DNA of 63,676 nucleotides, filler included, from Octopus bimaculoides (GCF_001194135.2; 5 parts of 4 records of this genome joined end to end with filler, not necessarily neighbours in it), one strand, 5' to 3'. Numbered from the whole stretch's first letter, positions 27,042 to 39,638 are shown. Numbers and translations: made by a program. The notes: a model not told the origin generated them from the letters alone.

Positions 27042-27839
27042 NNNNNNNNNNNNNNNNNNNNNNNNNNNNNNNNNNNNNNNNNNNNNNNNNNNNNNNNNNN
27101 NNNNNNNNNNNNNNNNNNNNNNNNNNNNNNNNNNNNNNNNNNNNNNNNNNNNNNNNNNNNNNNNNNNNNNNNNNNNNNNNNNNNNNNNNNNNNNNNNNNN
27201 NNNNNNNNNNNNNNNNNNNNNNNNNNNNNNNNNNNNNNNNNNNNNNNNNNNNNNNNNNNNNNNNNNNNNNNNNNNNNNNNNNNNNNNNNNNNNNNNNNNN
27301 NNNNNNNNNNNNNNNNNNNNNNNNNNNNNNNNNNNNNNNNNNNNNNNNNNNNNNNNNNNNNNNNNNNNNNNNNNNNNNNNNNNNNNNNNNNNNNNNNNNN
27401 NNNNNNNNNNNNNNNNNNNNNNNNNNNNNNNNNNNNNNNNNNNNNNNNNNNNNNNNNNNNNNNNNNNNNNNNNNNNNNNNNNNNNNNNNNNNNNNNNNNN
27501 NNNNNNNNNNNNNNNNNNNNNNNNNNNNNNNNNNNNNNNNNNNNNNNNNNNNNNNNNNNNNNNNNNNNNNNNNNNNNNNNNNNNNNNNNNNNNNNNNNNN
27601 NNNNNNNNNNNNNNNNNNNNNNNNNNNNNNNNNNNNNNNNNNNNNNNNNNNNNNNNNNNNNNNNNNNNNNNNNNNNNNNNNNNNNNNNNNNNNNNNNNNN
27701 NNNNNNNNNNNNNNNNNNNNNNNNNNNNNNNNNNNNNNNNNNNNNNNNNNNNNNNNNNNNNNNNNNNNNNNNNNNNNNNNNNNNNNATATATATATATAT
27801 ATATATACATACATATATATACATGTGTATGAGTGTGTG

Positions 27840-28140
27840 TGTTTTGTGCTACCCACATCCTCATCCCAAATCCACACCGAACCTTACGTCCGCACACCAC
27901 TACACCACACACTACCACACCGCCCACACCACACCACACACACACACTAGCACTGACCACTTCCCAGCACCCATACCACACACCTTCATCCGCACACCCA
28001 GACACCATCATCCAAACACCCACACATTACAGACACACACAATTACACACGCGTACATCCATACGCCAAAGTCTCTAGCCGCTATCCACACGCACACACT
28101 TACACACTCTCACATATGCTAACGCACGTGCACCTTCATT
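27840..28140. repeat. Degenerate CA/CAC-rich low-complexity tract
   Basis: Direct inspection. Confidence 0.8.
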
Positions 28141-28230
28141 TTGTGATCACCAGCACTTTATTATCTCCCCTTCTTCTTAGCTCTCCTATCCAACTACCTT
28201 TTTCCAACAAGCAGCTATGATTGATCGGTA

Positions 28231-28330
28231 NNNNNNNNNNNNNNNNNNNNNNNNNNNNNNNNNNNNNNNNNNNNTTAATTAATTAANNNNNNNNNNNNNN
28301 NNNNNNNNNNNNNNNNNNNNNNNNNNNNNN
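28231..28330. other. Artificial scaffold spacer N44-TTAATTAATTAA-N44
   Basis: Identical 100-bp structure occurs four times in the window. Confidence 0.95.
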
Positions 28331-28529
28331 GTCGATAAGCCAGCTGGAGGAGATGTTCTCCTGGGGCTAAAAGCAACAGTAACATCCACCCTTAGGGGTC
28401 AGCCACATTTAAATGGCAAATATACTTCACTTTATCGTGCAGTTACTGTTAACACCTCGTTCAGAGATTTAACATTGCTTATATATATATATATATATAC
28501 ATATACACACACACGCGCACACACATATA

Positions 28530-28747
28530 CAGGATTGGCCAAAAGTCACCTGACAGTAAGTCAAAACCATTTAATTCCAAGATCTATTTATGTTTAACAA
28601 CTGAATGAATTTAATAAAAGCATCATGAAAATTGTTCAAACTGAAGTCCTTCTTGTGCAACACATTTTCCCATTCGAGTCAATATAGAATTACAAATAGT
28701 ATTTATAGAATTTTGATTTAATGTCGGGTGACTTTCGGCCAACCCTG
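28530..28747. mobile_element. Tc1/mariner-type MITE (218 bp)
   Basis: ~26-bp TIRs (caggattggccaaaagtcacctgaca / tgtcgggtgactttcggccaaccctg) flanked by TA on both sides. Confidence 0.85.
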
Positions 28748-29099
28748 TATATAGTTATGTTATATTCTGTGAAGATCTCATACTGCAAAGAAACGGTTGC
28801 ATAACCAAGTACCTGCAAGCCTGGAGAACTACGTTAGGTAGAAACAATTGTAGTGATAGCAAATAAATGTCCAACCGTATGCCTTTTTGTTGACTCTCAC
28901 TTTTCAATTAGAAGTATGTATCTATATTCAATATTGTAAGATAAAACCTATATTGGAAACAAATAGGTTTATATTCTTTAGCGTTTTACAACCACATCAT
29001 GCAACACGTTTAAATCAGGTTCACACGACACACACACACTCGCTGGCCAACACGTAAAAAAGAGACGCAACGGTTTGAATTTTTATTTTTGATTTTACG

Positions 29100-30000
29100 G
29101 AAACGCATTTGTATTTCAAATGAATTTTAAATACAAACTAAACAATAACGAACAGTGATACTCCTTGTATTACTGGTACCATGATTGGATTCCAATACCT
29201 CACAAAAAATAAGCACTTATATAGTTAATATTCTTGCTCAAGAAAAGAAACGTGTAGCTACCACATTGCAGACACTGGAGTGAATTCTTTTAAAATCTTG
29301 TCTGAGCTAAACATCCCATGCCATAATACCAGCGTAAATAGAAGCAGCGGCAAAACAATGCCTGAAATAAGAGAACACTAAAGCAAATTACCCAACAGGA
29401 AATAATCGTTTTTTAGAGATATCAGATATAGAATGTAATGTCTTTCCCTCGCAGATTATATTAAAAACATCTTTAGAAACTTTAGGTAGGAAATAACAAT
29501 TTGCGAAATAGAAAGAACAAAAGTTTTAGTGAAACAGGATATACTTGACATAAACAACAGGCGGAGAGAGGACAACTACTGAACCAACCAATTTATGAAA
29601 ACCATACAAATAAACAACTCTAGTAAAACATGACAGAGCTTAGTTAACACAAAGGCTATGATTACGCCATAGAAAAGAATATGCAAAACAAATACTGATG
29701 TAAATAATATAAAGCGATGACAACAATAGTTAACACTCTAAAGAAATAGGAGTAAAACAAAATATAAAACAGCCAATGGAAACTTTGAATAAAAAAGATC
29801 CTTTGTTTATAAAAATTGAAAAAGAACGATTGTGTTTGTAAAAATCAAAAACCTGCCGAATTAAAAAAAGAACCCGGATCTTGCTTAATGAATACCAAAG
29901 AATGTCATTGAAATTCGAACCACTATAAAAAATATGCCGTTTAAATGAACAATATGCTCTACACTTTGTAATAAGTACTCTGTTCCTGTTTAGTTGATAA
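29100..30000 (+). mobile_element. Possible highly degenerate Penelope-like fragment
   Basis: A/C-rich strand bias and a weak EIREH-like motif. No clean ORF. Confidence 0.3.
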
Positions 30001-30160
30001 AGCTGACAAACAGCAACATTTGGTAGTACACACACGCACACACATACACACACACACATACACACACACACATACACGCACACACAAACGCACTCGCTCA
30101 CATTCATTCATACATACATATATTTGTTCATACAAACATATATACATACATGTACATAGA

Positions 30161-30450
30161 CACGAGGTCAGATCAATAAGTATCCGGAGTGTTGCCATAG
30201 TAACGAAGCTAAAGCACACAGCAAAGTCGCTCGGCACAGATTGACCTTGAACTCTGGTGTGCATACGCACTAAGTTTTAACCGTCGAGCTCACTTTCGCT
30301 GTATACAGCTGTGCTCGGAAGGAAGATGTGTAGCGTGTGATCGTCACATTGACCCATGACAGAGAAAGCTGAGCAGAGAATATGCATCAAATTTTGCCAA
30401 AAGCTTGGCGATACCTTTTGGAGGCCTACGCAAAATTTTCAAAAGTTTTC
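30161..30450 (+). mobile_element. Mariner 5' fragment
   Basis: cgaggtcagatcaataagtatccgga TIR-like start, then MTEKAEQRICIKFCQKLGDT. Confidence 0.8.
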
Positions 30451-30599
30451 ATTGTTCTAAACACAATTAAAAAGAGTGTCTTCTTAATCAGCTGAAAGTA
30501 GTTTTGGCACAAACTTGATAGACACGCTATGTTACGGGGACATAAACACACCAGCATTGGTTGTCAAGTGATACTGGTTGGGACAAACACAGACACACA

Positions 30600-30634
<35 letters not shown>

Positions 30635-30888
30635 NNNNNNNNNNNNNNNNNNNNNNNNNNNNNNNNNNNNNNNNNNNNNNNNNNNNNNNNNNNNNNNNNN
30701 NNNNNNNNNNNNNNNNNNNNNNNNNNNNNNNNNNNNNNNNNNNNNNNNNNNNNNNNNNNNNNNNNNNNNNNNNNNNNNNNNNNNNNNNNNNNNNNNNNNN
30801 NNNNNNNNNNNNNNNNNNNNNNNNNNNNNNNNNNNNNNNNNNNNNNNNNNNNNNNNNNNNNNNNNNNNNNNNNNNNNTATATATATAT

Positions 30889-31055
30889 ACGACGGGCTTT
30901 TTCCAGTTTCTGTCTACGAAATCCGCTTCTCACAAGGCTTTGGTCGGCCGGAGGCTATAACAGAAGACACTTGCCCACGGTGCCACGCAGTGGAACTAAA
31001 CCTGGGACCATATGGTTGGTAAACAAGCTACTTACCACACAGCCACTCCTGCGCC
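30889..31055 (-). mobile_element. tRNA-derived SINE 5' part
   Basis: ggcgcaggagtggctgtgtggtaagtagc...ggtttagttccactgcgtggc head with A/B-box-like motifs. Same family as 57224-57325. Confidence 0.8.
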
Positions 31056-31157
31056 AAATTAATACACCTGCGTCAAACTAATTCACCTGCTTGTTGTTCA
31101 TACGCCTGTCTTCATTTTTTGTTTTTCTCTAAATTTCAACTTTATATATATACATAT

Positions 31158-31419
31158 ATGTTGTTGGCACTCCGTCGCTTACGACGACGAGAGTTCCAGT
31201 TGCTTCGATCAACGGAACAGCCTGCTCGTGAAATTAACGTGCAAGTGGCTGAGCACTCCACAGAGTACAGCAGGGTTCGCCACCATCCCCTGCCTGAGCC
31301 TCGTGGAGCTTTAGGTGTTTTCCTTCAATAAACACTCACAAGGCCCGGTCTGGGAATCGAATCCGCGATCCTATGACCGCGAGTCCGCTACCCTAACCAC
31401 TGGGCCATTGCGCCTCCAC
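31158..31419 (-). mobile_element. tRNA-derived SINE (second family)
   Basis: Head ggcgcaatggcccagtggttaggg...gattcgattccc (A and B boxes) followed by a non-tRNA body. Confidence 0.85.
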
Positions 31420-31754
31420 GAAATATAAAATTAAATCATTCTGCATTGCTAGAAACAAGTGTCAAAAACGACTCAATTGGCCACAAACAGTACTATNNNN
31501 NNNNNNNNNNNNNNNNNNNNNNNNNNNNNNNNNNNNNNATATTACATACCAGGTATCCATTACACGCCGGCCATCACTTTTCTGATTATTAAATCTATCT
31601 TGTTTTTTACTCTCTTCATATAAATATTTTTTTTATTTTCTGTATCATTCTCGTTATCTGCATTGCTGAAGTTCTCCCGAACACACACACACCTTTTTTA
31701 TTGCTTTTTTTTTTCGTTCTTTCTCTACTTCCGTTTGTCTGCCGTCTGTCTACC

Positions 31755-31805
<51 letters not shown>

Positions 31806-31889
31806 TCTCTATACTTCTTTCCTTCCTCTCTATCAATGTGTCTTCTCAAACTATTCATATAATGGCATTGCTTTCTTGGGAAGTTTTAT

Positions 31890-31917
31890 TATTGTTATTA
31901 TTATTATTTTTTTGTTG

Positions 31918-31951
<34 letters not shown>

Positions 31952-32273
31952 CATTATTATTATTATTATTATCATTATTATTATTATTATTTCTATTACT
32001 TTTTTTAACAACACAGAGCAAAATGGGAATGATATAGCATGCTGAAAAAGAACTTCGTTAGAATTTTCTTGAACATGTACAGCACCGAAAGTGATGTTAT
32101 TGGAGATGGCAGCATTTTTATAACTCTGGGCAACAACTTGTCTGTCGAGAGTCACGTGATTTCATTGTGTAGCTTAGATATGTTGAAAGCATTGTGATAA
32201 TTGCTGAAGAATTGGTAGTGATGAGGAGTCGTACTTGATATCAGTATTAGTAGTATAAATAGTAGTATTAGAG

Positions 32274-32317
<44 letters not shown>

Positions 32318-32318
32318 T

Positions 32319-32352
<34 letters not shown>

Positions 32353-32378
32353 CAGCAGCAGCAGCAACAGCGGCCGCA

Positions 32379-32426
<48 letters not shown>

Positions 32427-33005
32427 GAATGAGAAAGCAGTGCCTGCTATCAAAGTGACACGGGGGTAAAATATACGAAACCCGGCATACCCATCATGAC
32501 TACCCGTCTGATAAGAGTACACCAGGCATATGCATTGCAACCGAATGTGCGCGACATAGTGGTTTCCTATCAAGATGAACAGTGCATGACCTTGCAGGTG
32601 GGACCCAGTTAGAATTTTCTTCAGGTCGAGTAGCCCATCCCGCTCAAAAGGTTATTGAATAAGGGCTGTTTAAGGATGTTGAATAAAACACCCATGTTTC
32701 CAGAGGTTGAATTATCCAAACCCCAAAGTATTCTTCTCAACACATGGCTATGATGCTCCACCACTACTTCTGCTCGTGATCAAAGATGCACATATCGTCA
32801 ACCACTAAGGGACGTGCTCAAGTGGTTAAGGTCAATCAGCTGACAAGCAAATCTGTAGTATTGAGCAGAATATTTGGTGTAGCCCATCTTTTATACCGAG
32901 ACAAAACAATGTAGGTGATAACACTTCCATTCAGTTAAGATCAGAAGCCATGAGAGCCACTGTCTGGTACTGCATCAGGGTTATTATTATTATTATTATT
33001 ATTAT

Positions 33006-33041
<36 letters not shown>

Positions 33042-33075
33042 NNNNNNNNNNGTAGTAGTAGTGGTGGTGGTGGTG

Positions 33076-33130
<55 letters not shown>
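31890..33130. repeat. Trinucleotide microsatellite cluster (TTA, TAG, CAG, TGG)
   Basis: Direct inspection; arrays alternate with two complex segments. Confidence 0.95.
32425..32980 (-). mobile_element. ~560-bp retroelement-like insertion embedded in (TAA)n arrays
   Basis: Complex sequence abutted on both sides by (TTA)n. Resembles a common Octopus repeat (recalled, not searched). Confidence 0.5.
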
Positions 33131-33132
<2 letters not shown>

Positions 33133-33269
33133 TTCTTGCGGGGTTGAGATACTTTTAACGTATTGAGTGGTGAAGACGGTGAAAAGAACTTGCTCGAACA
33201 TGGAAATGCTTGAAACCCTCTGGTGTTGTTCCTCTCTGTTCGGTAAAATTCGTAGCAGATATAGAATTA

Positions 33270-33430
33270 CTAGAAAATTACTATTTTAAAAATCTCACAA
33301 CAGGAGATATTCAGCAACAGTACTTTGGAGTAAAGATTTTTGCTGTAATTTAGCCCCGGGCTACATTACAGCAACATTCGTTCTAAACCAGGACTGCCAT
33401 GTTATGTTGGCAAAAGCATTTACTACATAG
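33270..33430. mobile_element. Internally collapsed copy of the fold-back element at 61637-61990
   Basis: Shares actttggagtaaaga, tgctgtaatttagcccc and acagcaacattcg..ctaaaccaggactgccatgtta..ttggcaaa. Confidence 0.8.
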
Positions 33431-34194
33431 AAGCACTATTCAACAAGTTTATTTGAGTTCCTACAGCATCACCAGACATACCTTTCTAGTCCTGAAGTGT
33501 GAGCAACATTGTTAATTGTTTGGTGTCTTATTTATTTATGTTTGCTTGGTTATTTTGTTGAGCTGTGTTAGTCTTCTATTTTCCTTCTGTCTGACTGAAG
33601 CATATACCATAGTTGAGTCTTCGACATTTTTTTTACTGTGGATTTTGTTGTTATTGAATGGAATTTGGCCTTTGTTGGTATTTTTTTAACTGATTTAGCT
33701 TCTCTTTTACTCTGATTTTGTTTTAGATTTATTATTACCAAAAAAGTTGACTTAGTAAGAGAAAAACAAGATATCTAGAAGTGCATACACACACACATAT
33801 CCTTGTATCTGAGGAGAGTCATATTGTCTTAATGCTTTATTATCTAACACGCTAACCAGTTCGATTTGCACTCATTTATTATTCATATTTTATACCCTTC
33901 AAAGTGGGAGGTAGGAATCCGGCTATTCATCTATGATGAACTGTTTTCATGATCAATGTTACTATCATCTCGGAGCTTTCTACTAACAGATCCATACATA
34001 GTCTTCTGTTCATATAGGCTCATCTTTTCATCTGATGATACGTTGCGGTAGAGTCGTGCGATTTCATTGGGCATGTATTCTAGGTCATCAGACAAGGAAT
34101 GATGCTCAAGGAGATTTTTCACGCTAGCTTCTTGATAAAATTCTTGTAGAAGATTTTATCCTATTATTGAATATATATATATATATGTATATAT

Positions 34195-34395
34195 ATAGTT
34201 GGAATTTACTAAAACAAAACAAAACAAAAGATGAAGACGGGTGTGTAAACAACAAACCGATGTATTAGTTTTACGCTTGGGAAAGTGAGAAAGTCTTTTA
34301 CGTTTCGAGCCTACGATCTTCAACAAAAAGGAACAGAGAAATAAGCAGAGAGAGAAAATAAAAAGAAAGGTTTAGTGGCTAACGATCAATCATGG
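34195..34395 (-). mobile_element. Short dispersed repeat (Penelope pLTR-like), copy 3
   Basis: Colinear similarity to copy 1, ending in atcatggc. Confidence 0.7.
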
Positions 34396-35540
34396 CATAC
34401 ATATATGCCCCATGTATACATCCAAACGTACACAAAAATTAGACACTCCACCCCACCACACACACATGCATATATCTTTGCTTCAATGGTATCTCGTATC
34501 TTTTATCTTTTACTTGCTTCAACCATTAGACTGCGATCATGCTGGGGAACCACCTTAAAGGGTTTAGTAAAAAATATCAATCCCAGTACTTTGTTTTGTT
34601 TTGGTAGAACCTCGTTACTTATCGTATCGTTCCATTTTTGCCGAACCGCTAAGTTAAAGTGTCTTAAATGCCATAAACAAACTCAGGTATTTGTAAAAAA
34701 AAATGCTAATTTGAATGTTTAAATAAAACGGAAACCACATAAAACCACAAAATAAAAAAAAAGGAAAAGAATTTTTTTTATAAAACGTATTTTTATCGAC
34801 GTTTTAGATAGTAAAATATTTATTTTTGGTCTAAAAAAAACAAGCTAAAAGTAAACATCACCAAAACATTTACGATCTCAGCAATGTCTAACACCACGGC
34901 GATTATGTGTGGGCTGGAAATTTATACGTTTGCAGCAGTTATTATATAACCATAATTGCATAATAATAGCTGTTAACAGTTGTAAGATTGCTGCTTTGTT
35001 AAGCTATCGTTGCAAATAGCTGTTTAGTGTAGTTAGATTAATTTTAATACATATATTTTCATATATATACACATTGTACGCCATAGAAATGTTAGAAGTC
35101 GTATTCTCGTATTTGTTGGGATTATATTAATATATATGTCGGCCATATTCTTCAAATGCTCTTAAGTGTGTAATTATCTTGCGACTATCTGTAATAAAAA
35201 AAACTAACAAAGTGGATAATATCTAAAACCAACCCTAAGGAATTCTTAGATAAGTGTCCATCAATCGTGTAGGTCCAACAACACAAAGAATTTTGCTTCT
35301 TTTCTTTGGGTTTTTTTTTACATTAAATTACGGTTGCCGTGCAATGGCTAATATCGATGTTAAAATTATATCATTCGCAGACGTATTTAAACTATATAAA
35401 CAAAGGGGTACCATAGATATCCGCCATGAGAATGGTTTTAGTGTTTATAATATCAATACATCAGCTTATAAATGGATAGACATGTATACATAAATACATG
35501 CATACATATATATACACATACAAACATATATATATGTGTA

Positions 35541-35608
<68 letters not shown>

Positions 35609-35708
35609 NNNNNNNNNNNNNNNNNNNNNNNNNNNNNNNNNNNNNNNNNNNNTTAATTAATTAANNNNNNNNNNNNNNNNNNNNNNNNNNNNNNNNNNNN
35701 NNNNNNNN
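35609..35708. other. Artificial scaffold spacer
   Basis: N44-TTAATTAATTAA-N44. Confidence 0.95.
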
Positions 35709-36066
35709 TGGACTGGCTCTTGTGCGGGTGGCACATAAAATGTACCGTCCTGAGCGTGACCGTTGCCAGTACCGCCTGACTGGCCTTGTAGGGTTTTCGA
35801 GCGAGATCGTTGCCAGTGCCCCTGGACTGGCTCTTGTGCGGGTGGCACATAAAAGACACCATTTCGAGCGTGGCCGTTTTCGTGTGGGTGACACGTAAAA
35901 GCACCCACTACACTCTCTGAGTGGTTGGCGTTAGGAAGGGCATCCAGCTGTAGAAACTCTGCCAAATTAGATTGGAGCCTGGTGTTGCCATCCGGTTTCA
36001 CCAGTCCTCAGTCAAATCGTCCAACCCATGCTAGCATGGAAAGCGGACGTTAAACGATGATGATGT
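35709..36066 (+). mobile_element. SINE 3' portion with internal tandem subrepeats
   Basis: Repeated ggactggctcttgtgcgggtggcacataaaa unit. Tail ...gcatccagctgtagaaactctgcc...cgatgatgatg is shared with 52190-52888. Confidence 0.85.
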
Positions 36067-36189
36067 CTTTTGAAATTGTAGTACATATATAGTTTTGTGC
36101 AATAGTTTCAATGACAATAGCTAATTACTTAGGAGGTTTAAGGTATGGTGTTTCTAATATAGCATCACACTCAAACTGACTGCAGTGGC

Positions 36190-36960
36190 CACACCAGCTT
36201 TATGATTTCAACATGATTCAGGTGGAGGCAAAGGAGAGATTGTGCAGAAAATTCATGCAAAGAAGGCTTGGTATTTCTCCAACTGTCTGCTTGGTCATCC
36301 TGTATATCCTCCACTTACTAATTCTATCAGTGGTGGAGGAATTTGAAGCCACTAAAGTAAGAACAATCAATACATCTGAGGATGAAAATGTGAGACATAC
36401 TAACAAGACTGTTGAGAGTGGCAGGAAATGGAAGTCCCACAAAGCTTTGAAAAAAGTGGAAATGTACTCCAGTAGATTGTTGGAGTAGTCTATCAATCAC
36501 AGCTAGGACTTGACAACTAAAGCACCAAGAGGTGGAGAAATATCAATGTTAGAGGCAAGAGAGGGCTCATAGTGCAGAAAGCTCAAGAAGTAGCATAATA
36601 AGATCATTATGTAAAAGCGGTAGGGTTCACTAAGGGACAGTGAGCCCATGCATTCAAGTGACCACTGTCCTGGAGAGAACTCTGGAGCACTAACCATGAA
36701 AAGTTGTCTGTTGCCGAACTCCTGCTAACTTCAAATAACCTTAAAATCTAGGGCAAAAAAGGAGACCTGTCCTGCAAGCCATGTGGAGCAGTTCTTTGCA
36801 CTCTGAACTACAATCTAACTAGGTACTCTGGGCTTTCCAGCAGGATCAGTGAGCTATTTCTTGAAAAAGATTGGTTTGGAACCCTAATAACTGAAGACAT
36901 CCATTGCACTGAGATCAAGGTGGTAGTGGTTGACATGAGACTGCAGATGGGATCCATTTA
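36190..36960 (+). mobile_element. HERO-like (R2-group) non-LTR retrotransposon C-terminal remnant
   Basis: LSVVEEFEATKVR...VESGRKWKSHKALKKVE, then LSWRELWS and TSNNLK..G...SCKPCG (CCHC-like region). Degenerate. Confidence 0.6.
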
Positions 36961-37109
36961 TAGGCCAAGGCTAAGTCAATCCTCATTATTCCACTCGAGC
37001 GAAGTGTACAAACTAAAGAGTGACCCTGGGATACAAGTTTCCAAAGAAGGCGATAGCTTAGTCACAATCATAAGAGCTTGCAACATTTTTAAATAGTTCA
37101 AGCAGTTTC

Positions 37110-37232
37110 GGTCAATATAAAGACCTTCACCCGGGAACAAAAAAAAAAAAAAAANNNNNNNNNNNGGGGGGGGGGGTAACAAGTGTATAGAAAACGAATA
37201 TGGAAAAAAAAGTGAAGGTCTTTATATTGACC
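37110..37232. mobile_element. Short MITE, perfect 21-bp TIR and 8-bp TSD (Merlin-like)
   Basis: TIR ggtcaatataaagaccttcac at 37110-37130 with its exact inverse at 37212-37232. gcagtttc duplicated at 37102-37109 and 37233-37240. Contains a 10-N gap. Confidence 0.85.
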
Positions 37233-37249
37233 GCAGTTTCTACTGAATG

Positions 37250-38080
37250 CAAAGCGTATTTGATGTTTATTTTATTTACCTCTCTCTCTATCTATTTCTA
37301 TATATATGTATATATCATCGACCATACTCAATATATGTGTTTGCTTGTTTACCGGCAGCCGGCAGCAAACTAGCAAAACACATACGTTGAGTATCTGTGG
37401 TGGATGGTATTTACAACACTGGTGCTACTTCTAATTCATATTTGAAAATATGTGTGCGTGTGGTTTTGAAACTTCTGTACGAAAAATGTTTACCGAGTCT
37501 ACTATGTTTGGAATTATCTTCACATTGACATTATATATAAATAGACACAGTTCGCAAAACTTCTCAACAAGGTCTGAAGAATACAGCTGACGATCGTCGC
37601 ATTGCTTCAATAAATTTAAGGAGAAAAACACGCTACATAAATTGAAATTACATAATTTAAAAAAAAGCATAATAACAATAAAGAGAGGCACCGTTGAAAT
37701 CGGTGATCTGAATTCGCACGAAAAGTTTTGGTAATCATTTAAATGTATTTCACATGACTTTGGTTGCTAATATTCTTGACAAAGGAACGTCATAACAATT
37801 GGCCTTTGCGTCTACATAAACTGTGGCCTCATATTTAACACAGAAAATTATTAAACGAGACAAACATAAATAACGCTCGTTCCTATTGTAGAATAAAAAT
37901 AATTTCAATAAGTTGCGTATAAATATACAAAAGGTATCAGCAGAGTTTCAAATTACCAGTTAATGCAAAACATTCTTCTTTCCAATAACGACTTTCATAA
38001 ATCCTAGTTCGTATAATTTTCTCTACTAAATACTGTGGATTAGTTCCTTTAACTGAATGAGCATCCTTCACAGTCCGATT
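37250..38080. promoter_or_regulatory. CpG-rich unique island, possible (bidirectional) promoter
   Basis: About 20 CpG counted by eye in 37441-38040 versus about 2 in 38341-38940. Possible minus-strand donor near 37279 and plus-strand donor near 37730. Confidence 0.3.
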
Positions 38081-39638
38081 AGCCATTTTGAAATAACTCT
38101 CCTTTTTCAAAACTATTCAAACAAGGGAAATAACTGATGCTAACTCCCTCCTCCCCTCAACTTTGAGGAAAGTGAAAAGTAAAATAAATTTCAAAAAAAG
38201 AGTGGAATGAAGTAAATTATATTGGAAATTTCTATTTAAAACATTCAACCTCGAAATAATTGACGTTGAATATGTATTGCTATTAGTTTGTTGACCAACC
38301 AATGTTTTTTTCTGGGTTTTTTTCAGCCTGCTAAATAATCAAACAAAAAGTCAAAGATACTTTCATGCATTGCACAGCCTACAAACTCTATCCTCTCTTT
38401 AATTACAAGGGCACCTCCTTTAACTGCAACCCAACAAGGTAAACAGTTTTAACAGTGTTCTTAGAGATCTAATCCATTTCAAAGATGACTATCATAAACA
38501 GCAATCCTTTGGATTGTTAGTTTCGTGTAACAGATTTTTCTCTGAAGCAGGCTTTTATCAAATTTTGTGTGTATCTCAGACTTTCTTCTGTATATTGGAG
38601 TCATATAAACTGTTGATTTTAACTACATACAAACTTTTGTGTAACTGATACCATCTTAGATATTTACCAAAGCTTTGTGCTTAAGGAGTATAGTAGAATA
38701 TTCATAAGTAGATTAGTATGTTCCTTGCATGAAGACCGAAAATTTGGTTTTAAGGATGTTCAAAGTTGTTTGTTGTTTTCCTAAATTACTGCAAATGTTA
38801 ATGTGCAATGTGATTACTAGTGACTAAGATAATCAAGGCTGCAGGTAACAATGAGAGGGTGAAAATATTGCATTATTTGAGTAAACTGAATGCTTGATCT
38901 AATTATTGCAGTTACATTTGAATTTAGAAAAATTAAAGTTTATATTTAGGCTTAGCTTACCTGACATATCAAATGAAACTAAATGAAAGATGTTATCCTT
39001 AAAGCTGGAGAAGAAAAAAGATTTTAGTTTGGTCATAGATAAAGGCTGGAAATTTTAACATCATTTGTAGAAGAATAAAAAGAATGTTGTCAAACACTTC
39101 TTTTCAATACTCTTTAAGTGTAAGGTGAAACTACATATGCACATATGTTATCCCCAAATTACATCAATATGATTTGAGGGTCTACATTTCACGAATTTGA
39201 TTCTTGTTGAAAATGCATAAAGAAAAGTTGCTAAAATGGTTGTAGCTTTACAAATGCTTAGTTTACCTTAATACTTCTGAAGAGAGGAGATATGATGCAT
39301 AAAAAGTTTTCCCCACAAAGAACCTTCTAGATCTTGGAATTCCATTAGTCATCAATAAGAGGTCATTTATGTAAATGATTTAAGAATTGAGGCATCAAGG
39401 TAATAGTATGCAAACCTTATCAAACAGGGTGCATGTAAACTGGAATCAACCGTATGGAAGGTGTGGAGTTGAAGACAATGAGCTCAATATGTAGAAAGAA
39501 TATGTTGGCATTTACAATTTTTGATTAAAAAAAGAAACTGTAAAGCATATGAAGCCTTAATATGAAACCACAAATTAATAACCATGAAAAGTTTCTTGAT
39601 TTTCAGAATATTTTGGTTGAGCCATTGAACATGTGATG

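Noticed and set aside
28275-28286. Palindromic TTAATTAATTAA as a biological motif
   Set aside because: Always centred in N44 flanks, so it is an assembly spacer.
31360-31419. tRNA-like sequence with A and B boxes
   Set aside because: It continues into a SINE body with no complete cloverleaf evident, so it is a SINE head rather than a tRNA gene.
35709-35890. Repeated ~30-bp units with spacers (CRISPR-like)
   Set aside because: Internal SINE subrepeats in a eukaryotic context, with no cas genes.
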